From Candidatus Thorarchaeota archaeon (GTDB taxonomy: Archaea > Asgardarchaeota > Thorarchaeia > Thorarchaeales > Thorarchaeaceae), in contig JBHLRZ010000004.1 in the NCBI GenBank assembly GCA_048882045.1, positions 1-46,272 of the forward strand: 46,272 nt of DNA, read 5' to 3'. Every line of letters starts with the position of its first letter. Position 1 is the stretch's first letter. The position numbers were made by a program, and so were the translations under genes. The notes under the pieces are model-generated. The model saw only the letters and a list, made by a program, of their open reading frames with translations. It searched no databases and was not told the origin of the DNA. Of this stretch, positions 1-8,600 are shown one piece after another.

Positions 1-143
1 TTCAATGCTCTATCACTACCTGCAATCAGATACAGCATTGCAGGACCTGCTCCAATTCGTATCAGTTCTTTGACGACTATCGGTCTCTTTCTTCGCGATC
101 CTCTCGACTTTCCTCTCATTGCTGAGTCATTTGAAGCTATCAT
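1..143 (-). CDS. 5' part of a hypothetical protein running off the left edge
   Basis: Open frame from ATG at 143 (MIASNDSAMRGKSRGSRRKRPIVVKELIRIGAGPAMLYLIAGSDRAL...) to the window edge. Not in the ORF track because it is truncated. Confidence 0.45.
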   Translation of the reverse strand, partial: MIASNDSAMRGKSRGSRRKRPIVVKELIRIGAGPAMLYLIAGSDRAL

Positions 144-172
144 TCAGACTGGTTTCAATGTTTCTACAAAAA

Positions 173-215
173 GAGAATTTGGGCCCGTCGCGAGGGAAAA
201 CATAGGGAAAGCAGG
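173..215. repeat. Copy 1 of the ~43-bp direct repeat (3'-end fragment of the candidate ncRNA at 2398-2499)
   Basis: GAGAATTTGGGCCCGTCGCGAGGGAAAACATAGGGAAAGCAGG matches 2390-2432 at 38/43 positions by manual alignment. Confidence 0.85.
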
Positions 216-290
216 GAAACAGTAATTTGTGTATACACGTGCTCAAGGTGATTCAATAGAGATATACGCATTTACACTATGTGACTTCTT

Positions 291-1592
291 GTGATCGCGA
301 GAGGAGTTTCAATTGGATTGATAGCATTGGTTTTGATTTCACCAATCACAGTGTTGTCTGATAGGGCTCTACATGGATCTAATCACTCCAATGCTAGCGA
401 AATTATCTCCTACCTGCCTTCTGATGTTTCATACAACTCCTCTGTAGTCATTTTATCCGATACTGATTTTGTTATGCAGAATTGGCCAGGTAATGGAAGT
501 GAGAGTTCCCCCTACTCGATTTCGAATCTGCGTTTCAGTCCTGATGAAGATTCAATAATAAGAATTTACAACACGAGAGCACACTTTCTGTTGAACAATT
601 GTGTTTTTGAGTCTCAGGATAGTTATCCTTGGCCAAGCTATGGGGCAGGTGTCATCCTCTTCAATGTTTCAAATGGCGTTATCGAAAATTGCTCCATCAA
701 TGGAAAAAACACTGGTCTAGGTATAACAAACATAAACAACACCCTGATAAGAAATAATCTGATCAAAAGATGCGATCATGCAATTGACATGTATCAGATT
801 TCCAACTGTGCCTTTTCCAACAATTCGATCTTCTCACATGACTACAGTACCGGTATTTCAGGAGGCAGAATAAGCTACAGCAATTTTACTGCGAATATAC
901 TCGTTGAAGGATTCACTGGATTGTCTCTAGGTCCCAATAGTATCAATAACACTCTTACATTGAATCGAATTGGATGGTGTACCGAAGCAAATGCTAAAGA
1001 CTTTGGTTCTGGAAACACATGGGAAGGAAACAGCTGGAGTGATTGGGATGGGGTCAGTCCCTACCTTATTTCCGGATCAGCCGGTAGTGTCGATGTTTCC
1101 CCCATCTTGTTTGATGAAGATGTTATCGCACCGACAATTGAATTCTATCGCTATAATGGAGTTGTGGCCGATTCATTGCACCCTATTTACTCATTCACGT
1201 TTGTCGTCAATGTGTCTGATGCCACGGGAGTTGATTCAGTCAGTTTGTTCATAAACAATGGGTTTCTGATTGAGGACGGCAAATTGGTGCAGAGCTTCTG
1301 GACTGAGTATAATATGGACTATCAACCTATCGAAGGAAACCTGAGAAGATACTCCTATACATTTAGTTGCAATGGAAGTTTCAGCGCCACCTATTATTAC
1401 TGGGCTAACGACACTCTTGGATACTCCCGACGAAGCGAAATCGACTCTTTCAGTATAAGCCCTTTTCCGTGGGGCACTTGGTCTCCCGATAATACCCCGT
1501 CACTGGGTCCTGAATACCTCTTACTCCTACCAATCGGAGCACTTGTACTTGTATGGCTGGTTAGACGACTGAAACCAATCGACAAGCCGTAA
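291..1592 (+). CDS. Secreted, membrane-anchored right-handed parallel beta-helix (NosD/CASH-like) surface protein
   Basis: N-terminal hydrophobic signal, WPGNGSESSPY motif, Asn/Ile-rich beta-helix repeats, GNSWSDW, an Ig-like domain, and a C-terminal TM followed by RRLK. Confidence 0.8.
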   Translation: MIARGVSIGLIALVLISPITVLSDRALHGSNHSNASEIISYLPSDVSYNSSVVILSDTDFVMQNWPGNGSESSPYSISNLRFSPDEDSIIRIYNTRAHFLLNNCVFESQDSYPWPSYGAGVILFNVSNGVIENCSINGKNTGLGITNINNTLIRNNLIKRCDHAIDMYQISNCAFSNNSIFSHDYSTGISGGRISYSNFTANILVEGFTGLSLGPNSINNTLTLNRIGWCTEANAKDFGSGNTWEGNSWSDWDGVSPYLISGSAGSVDVSPILFDEDVIAPTIEFYRYNGVVADSLHPIYSFTFVVNVSDATGVDSVSLFINNGFLIEDGKLVQSFWTEYNMDYQPIEGNLRRYSYTFSCNGSFSATYYYWANDTLGYSRRSEIDSFSISPFPWGTWSPDNTPSLGPEYLLLLPIGALVLVWLVRRLKPIDKP

Positions 1593-1656
1593 CTTGAACA
1601 ATCATCTGTCAATAATGTAAGTTTGAAGATAATAGAATGCGGGGAGAGAAAAGAGT

Positions 1657-1696
1657 AGAATTTGGGCTCAGCACTTGAAAATATCGGGAAAGAATG
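1657..1696. repeat. Copy 2 (more degenerate, 2-bp deletion) of the ~43-bp direct repeat
   Basis: AGAATTTGGGCTCAGCACTT--GAAAATATCGGGAAAGAATG aligns with AGAATTTGGGCCCGGCGCTTGGGAAAATATAGGGAAAGTAGG. Confidence 0.7.
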
Positions 1697-1831
1697 AGGG
1701 GGATTTTGAGACACTGGCAAAAGTATCTCAAGAAATTGACCGTGCAACTGAAACGAGAGAGGAAATCCATAGATTATTTTGACAAGATACTTAAATATTC
1801 GAGAACGATTGAAGATTTGAGGTTCTATATA

Positions 1832-2251
1832 ATGGGTGTCGTAAAAGTTGCAGGCTCAGTCCTTGTCTTGGCAGGTGGCGTTCTATCGCTATTAATACCA
1901 ATCGAATTATTGTTTGGGTGGTTTGGACTTTTTGATTTATTGCTATTAGGGTTTACCTACGGACTCATTGTTGCTAGTATTGGAGAGTTTTACATATATT
2001 TTGGTTTAATCTTGGCAATTTTAACCATCTTGGGTGGTATCATCGGATTTAGGAAAAAGGCTGGCGGTGGTATCGCGTTAGTTGTTGGAGCTATTATGAT
2101 ACTCGGTGGATTCGTAAATGCACCATTATTATTTCCAATGTCAGCAATGCTCCTATGGACAGGTCAATTCTTTGTTGGACCGGGTGTTCTTACCATTGAA
2201 GCAATTCTAATTGTTGTCGGCGGTATTCTTTGTCTAGCTGGTGGCGATTGA
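1832..2251 (+). CDS. Small Gly-rich membrane protein (~4 TM), 139 aa
   Basis: Hydrophobic segments begin at the ATG at 1832 (MGVVKVAG...). The upstream extension of ORF 1694 overlaps repeat copy 2 and a likely promoter. Confidence 0.7.
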   Translation: MGVVKVAGSVLVLAGGVLSLLIPIELLFGWFGLFDLLLLGFTYGLIVASIGEFYIYFGLILAILTILGGIIGFRKKAGGGIALVVGAIMILGGFVNAPLLFPMSAMLLWTGQFFVGPGVLTIEAILIVVGGILCLAGGD

Positions 2252-2389
2252 AACCTGAAGTTCTAACGATGGATCCTCAAAAATACCTCATCTTTCAGAA
2301 TTTCTAGTTCAGGATAATTATCTGTTCATTCATCTGGAGGGTTCATACATCATATACTAATCGTACGACGACATGATTAGGAAAGAAAT

Positions 2390-2432
2390 GAGAATTTGGG
2401 CCCGGCGCTTGGGAAAATATAGGGAAAGTAGG
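2390..2432. repeat. Copy 3 of the ~43-bp repeat, forming the 3' end of the candidate ncRNA
   Basis: GAGAATTTGGGCCCGGCGCTTGGGAAAATATAGGGAAAGTAGG. Confidence 0.85.
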
Positions 2433-2499
2433 CTACCGTAAGGTAGCAGGTATTCGCGTGGTTAGGAGGGGAGTTTGAAGTTACCCTCACGCCAGACCC
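2398..2499 (-). ncRNA. Candidate novel ~102-nt structured non-coding RNA
   Basis: On the minus strand 5' GGGUCUGGCG pairs with 3' CGCCGGGCCC (10 bp, two G-U pairs that would be A-C on the plus strand). It has an internal GCUACC/GGUAGC hairpin, a pyrimidine-rich segment, a TATA box at -29..-22 and a U-rich trailer. Confidence 0.6.
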
Positions 2500-2520
2500 T
2501 GTCGATAATTCTATTGATAG

Positions 2521-2529
2521 TATATTAAG
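2521..2529 (-). promoter_or_regulatory. TATA box of the candidate ncRNA
   Basis: CTTAATATA on the minus strand at canonical archaeal spacing from the GGG 5' end at 2499. Confidence 0.55.
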
Positions 2530-2674
2530 GATTGAGTTAGAGGAAATTGGAAAAATTAAGTGTGGTACTGCTCACAATGAAGTAGACACTCAGATTCTTG
2601 AAGATTGAGAAAATAGGACTTGATTTACTGTGTTGTTAGATGCCTATTGTCACGGCATCCGTTAACACAGTTGA

Positions 2675-5600
2675 CTATTCCTCATCATCCTCAACAGGAA
2701 GGAGCTCTCTAAGTTGGGCTTTTGTCAACTTCTCCAGTTCCTCAATCCCCATCAACTCCTTTAGCTCTTCCGGCAACATTGCAATGATCTCTGACTTTGT
2801 CAAACGAGACTCGGGTCTAGTAGCAGTAGGTTCCTTGTCATCAATCTCTTCTGAAATGATGACATCTTCTGCTGTTGCACTTTCAATCTCATCGACCTCG
2901 ATTCTATCATCAGCAATCTCAGTAAGAGTTCTTCCATCGTCTCTCCTACTTCGTACACTACTTGATGCTCTTGACAAACCTTTTGCCATTCTTGACGATG
3001 TATAAGGTATGACAACCAGAAATACAACTGGCAGAAGTACAATAACACCCAAAGAGTAGCTTCTGAGAAAGTCCATGGTGAGTACTGTCGTCCCTGCTAG
3101 GACAACAAGGAACATGAAGAATTTCATGCGAATAGAAGATCCCAAGCTCTCAACAAGATCCGCACACTCCTGTTCAACAACAATCGGAGGTGTTCCTAGA
3201 ACAGCCATTTCTCCAAGTCGAGAAATTCCTTTCCGAATATCTCTGTAGACGTTCAGAACGACTATCACTATTGAGGAGATGTAGGCTGCAAATATGGTCA
3301 TCATGATAGTCGGTACCTGAATTTCACCAAGGTGAAAGACGTTGTCCAATACATAGAACTTCAACCATTCTATGTTCTGACCCCAATCAAATAGCTGCAC
3401 AATGACAATTGGTACGAAAATCAAATGCCATAGACCTAGAAACATTCTACGTCGGCCTATTCTCTGAGAGTGAAGTACCGATGAAGCTGCGTCTCTGTAT
3501 AACCAGATACCATATAGGATTAGTGAGATTCCCAAGAGTAACACGCTCTCTAGGACAGCTAGACTATAATTCCCTGACCCCGCTGATACATATGAATGGA
3601 AGATTGTAAGACCAGCTAGCGCTACAATGACTCCATACAAGTAGTCTAGTCTCCGAAGTCCTCTCAGGAGCTGCTCTTGTGAACCTCTAGTGAACGAAAG
3701 CCCGGAAGAAATTCGGAAGTAGATCCACAATCCAATGAAACTGACTAGAAATACGATCCCAAAGACAGGGACGAATTGTTCGATGGGTAGTGACAGCTGT
3801 GGGACTGCCACGATGACTGGCACTTCGGATAATGTCTGTGGTGAAAATGTAACACACATGATTCCCTCCGCTGCTATTACGATTGGTTCGTCTCCGTAAC
3901 CTTCTGATGCAACAATATAGCTCACAACATATTTTCCAATCTGACCGAGCTCCGTTGCCAACTTGGTCTGGCTCTGGAAAGTCACTGTAATAGTCAGGTC
4001 CGGCACTGGATTCCCATATTTGTCTGTCACCTCAATGGTGATATTCAACTGATCTCCTTGCTGAGGTACTTCTGGGAAGAATTCCACATTGAACACAAGT
4101 TCTGCATGTACTTCAATGGTCCCTCTTGTTGTGGACTCTTGCGCTAGATAGGGGTGATCAATTGTCAGAGTATAGTTGTATATCCCTGCTGCCCAACCCG
4201 CGGTTGAAACTACTCGAGAATACGTTCCATTGTTGTGGTCTACCAAGACAAAGAAAGAATCATGTATGAGGACTGAAACAGAACCGCCATCCATCACATT
4301 GTCAAGCATATCAAACAAATCAACTTTGAAGATAATGGAATCAGTACCCTGTATATATGTTGCATTCTCAATCGGTGATAGAAGTGTGATGTTTGGCTGG
4401 CTCTTCACTTCCAACATGAAGGTCGTTGTGCTTGTTGGTATGTGTAGGCCTGAAATCGTCACATTGAGAAGATGTTGGCCAGGAATCAATTCTGGTATGA
4501 AAGTCCAGATGATCTTGAAGTAGTCGGAGGTTCCTGAGAAACTGTATACGCCACCAAAGTCGAGTACATAATGGTAATCACCGATTGGATTGCCATATTG
4601 ATCTTCTACTGCTATAGTAAATGTAGCATTCTCATAATTGAGAAGAACCAAGGGATTCGTGTCAACTCTGACAATGGCATCTCCGATGATGTCGAAGCTG
4701 GCTGTCAGTTGCTGAGTTTCCATGAATGCTCCTGAGACGGTTATTTGTGCACTATATTCTCCTAGAGGGAGGTTCGTCGTTGTGATATTGATTTCGTAAA
4801 ACCCTATACTTGTTTCAATGAGTGGATATGTTGTACCATGTAAATATAGGGTCACTGTTGCACCTGTGATGAATGATGTTTCATTGTCACGGACACGAAC
4901 AACGAAATTGATAGTCTCACCCTGACTAAATGATGCTCCTGGAGAAGGTTGAATGATCTGTGCTGCGACAATTCCTTGTACACCTATACTAACATTATGA
5001 GTTGACCTAAGAATTAGATTGCTCTCAACTGACATATTCAACCAGTAGCTTCCCGGAACAAAGCTTGGATCTATGGTCCATGAGATTTTATGGGATGCTG
5101 AAAATCCTGACCTGTTGTAGATTCCTGCAAAGTCTAATGTATAGTTGAATCCAGTTAGCGCGTTGCCATAGGCATCTGTGACTGTGAAATCGAAGGTTAC
5201 ATTGTATTGATTAAGTACAGGGCTAGGGGTTATCGAGAGATCAACAGATGCATATCCCTTGACGAATAGCTGGAAGGAAATCAGCTGTGAAGACAGATAG
5301 CTGTGCGATATTGCAACCGTGATATTGTACTGTCCTAATGGAAGACCAGCTGTCGGAACTTGTCTGGAATACACTCCAGGAACTCCTTCAGTCAATGTAT
5401 ATGTGCTCCCACGTATCGTTGCAGTCACCAGTGCAGTTGAGATTGAATAACCAGCAAGGTCTTCAACAACTACTGTGAAGTTGATTTCATTACCTTGAAT
5501 GTACGTTGATTGATCCAAAGGTGAAGGTACAATTGACAATGGGTTTCCAATAATATCCACCCATATCATAAACTCGCTCTGAGATAGGAATGGTCCGCTT

Positions 5601-8600
5601 ATCGTTATATTAAGCTGATATTTTCCCGGATAAAGATCTGGTTGGAACTCCCAAGATGTTTCATAGGAATATGATGTTCCTGATTTCGTGAAGGTTCCAG
5701 CGAAGACGAAGTCATAGTCGAATGTATAGATTGGGTTTCCGTATGTATCTACAACAACAAAATCGAATCTCGAAGTCTGATGGTTATACACAATATCAGG
5801 CATAGAAACATCTACAACTGCCTGTCCGTTGACTGTCAGAACATGGTAGGAATCTTCTGCAAACAGGTATGTGTGTTCAATTAAAATCAGTAATGAGTAG
5901 TTTGCTGGTGAATAACCATTTGTATCCAAGTTCATCCAATAGGTGCCATCACCGTATGGTGTGAAAAGGATGCTAGCTGGACTCAGTAGTGATACAGTTG
6001 CATCAGGAATCAAACTCCCATACCAATCTCTAACTGTGACGGTCAGTGTCGTTAAGTCTCCTTGGGTCAATATCCATCCCAAAGAAGATTCAACACTTGT
6101 TTCAGGAAGCGAGTAAACAAACAGGTCGTGAGCATCAGCTCTTGGGTCACCAAAGTCTGCTCCCACATACACGATAATGCTATGCTGACCAACACTCAGT
6201 GAAGCATTCAGTGTTACTCTGAATTCTGCTCCTTCGATATGAGTTGCTGTATAGTTTGATCCACCAAGTTCAATTTTAGCCCAAGCACCAACAGGCGTGA
6301 CACCATATGAGTCGTATACAAAGACAGAAACTGTGAAGTTATTACCTCCTGTGACTGTTGACTCATAAGCAACAGCAGGCGCGAGTGTGCCAGTCACTGC
6401 CATATGATAGGAGCCAAATACAGTTCCTTCCACATAGGGATGTTGGATTATTATTTCTCCCGAGTAATTCCCAACTGGCATTGAAGCAATGTCGTTTAGT
6501 TGGTATCGCCCTGGTTCAATCTCGATCAATGTGAACTCAATTACACCAAAATCTACTGATACAGTCGCACTGCTAATGGGATTTCCAAAGGGGTCGGTAA
6601 CATTGAGCCACGTTGTGAATGACTGGTCTTGCTGTGTTTGTGGTGGAGAGTTTCGTAAAACAGTAAGATCGTATGCCACAACAGAAAGTGATTTTGAAAG
6701 ACTAGTCCCAGATGTGGCATACTGGTGATCTGCAGAAGCAAGAACTGTGTAACTACCTGGTGAAAGGTCGATTCCTATGATTGATCTAAAGTATGATCCC
6801 TCTACATAAGAAACTGGATAGATTATACCATCAAGCGTCACATTAACATCAGCATCTGTAACTTTCGAACCCAGGATGTCAGTTACTGTAATGTTGATGT
6901 GAAGGTTATTTCCCTGTAGGACTTCGGATTCTGTAAAGAGAGAAATACTGAGTGGTGACTCAACTCTCAGAGCATTCTCAAACTCGAAGCTGATTGGATT
7001 ATAGTAGAGGTGGTCGACATACAGAGACAGGTTAGCTAATCCCATAGGCCAGTTCGGTGCCACAGTCGTTGTGTAAAGCTGTGTAGAATCTTCATAGACC
7101 ATACCCATGGTTTGTTCTGAGGTTCCTATACCAAAACGATATGACGCCACAAGTGATACTGAGGCATCACTCACTGGTTCGCTGAAAACGTTGAGGACTG
7201 TGGTATTAGCCCATAAGCTACTACCCTGAAGTGTTACGCTTGTTTCAAGGTCGAATGCAACATCAAGCATGTATAGAAGGTCAATATTACGGATTGTAGC
7301 GAGTGTGTTTCGTGACTTGAATATCGGGAATGCTACAATGTCTTCTCCAGCCCCAACATCAACATTCCCAATAGGGGCCATGTTGAACGCGATACCCGGA
7401 TATGCTGCGTAGTCAATCGTGCCGCTAAAACTAATTGCAGTCAGAAGGTCATCGGATGTGGAAATGACAAACTCGTCCTCACCATCACCATCGAAATCTA
7501 GTACAATGCCACTTCTGGGTATGGCATCACTCACAAACACGGTCCAAGATTGAACTGCTGTGGTCGTTAGTTCATAAAGTGATGCATTACCACCCGCATC
7601 CAAAAATGATAATTCATCGACACCATCCTCATCAACGTCGTGAGGTAAGGTGACCCTGATATGTTGACCTGTAAATATGTAACTGGGCCAATCACCAACG
7701 TTCACTGTGTTTCTGTCTACTAGGCAGACATAATTTGTTGGTACGTCAACCAACCAACTGCGATAAACTACTAGTAGTTGATCGCTTGTGTGTGTTGAAT
7801 TCCTATATACTTGAATGCTGACTGGGTCGTCATAATCCGTTGCTCCTGGAGATGTGTAATTGAGTGTCTTCAAATACGTGACGTTATTGAGCTGATACAA
7901 GTAGACAGCATTATCGTACCTCAATATGGCTAGTTGAGGATCAGTACCGTACATGTTGATTGGTACATAGTCCACAATCGATGTCCATTCCTTTAAAGCC
8001 GCGTCAGTCCATGTGCCAAAACTATCATCTGCTCTAATCAAGAATTGACCCGTGCTGTTTTCCCCTACATAAGCCAGTTCGTCAATCTTGTCGCCATCAT
8101 CATCCACAATGACCATTCCGTGTGCTGCCTTTGCCGGATAGAGACTATATGATGTGTTTTTCCACGAAGTGAATGTGTCACCATTGAAGGCCCAGATTTT
8201 GATGTGAGTATAGTTGTTGCTGATGAGTATTGGATCCAGCACATTGTCACCATCAAACATACCTGTGTAAACTTCAAACACTTCATCCGTGGCATCTGTC
8301 AGAGTGAATTCACCAAGCTTTGTGAAATTAGAGCTGAAGACTCTCAAACTTGTACTCTTGAAATCCATATCTGATACAACATTGTATATTCGGCTCTCTC
8401 CAAGAGAATCATTACCGAGTGCCAAGACATGTCTTTGGGCCTCATCGAACGTGACATTATAGTGGACACCTGATGCAAGATGCCCCTCTACTGTCAAAAT
8501 GTGAGGATTGGAGAAATTGCCATAGGAGTATGTGTTCAAGAATGGGTCTACAACTTTGATGTAGTATTCGTAGTTTCCCGCTTGCAAATCTGTTTGGAAG

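Noticed and set aside
1694-1831. N-terminal extension of ORF 1694..2251
   Set aside because: It starts within repeat copy 2, crosses a TATA-like region and is unlike the hydrophobic remainder. The ATG at 1832 is preferred.
173-2432. CRISPR array interpretation of the 43-bp repeats
   Set aside because: The spacers are 0.7-1.4 kb and contain genes, the copies are degenerate, and there are no cas genes.
2428-2450. SRP RNA helix-8-like ACCGTAAGGTAGCAG on the plus strand
   Set aside because: The required CAGG 5' strand is not correctly placed and no helix 6 or Alu domain is visible. The G-U pairs and TATA box indicate the minus strand.
2398-2499. tRNA gene
   Set aside because: No cloverleaf with D and anticodon arms; the UUCAAAC heptamer is near the 5' end rather than the 3' end.
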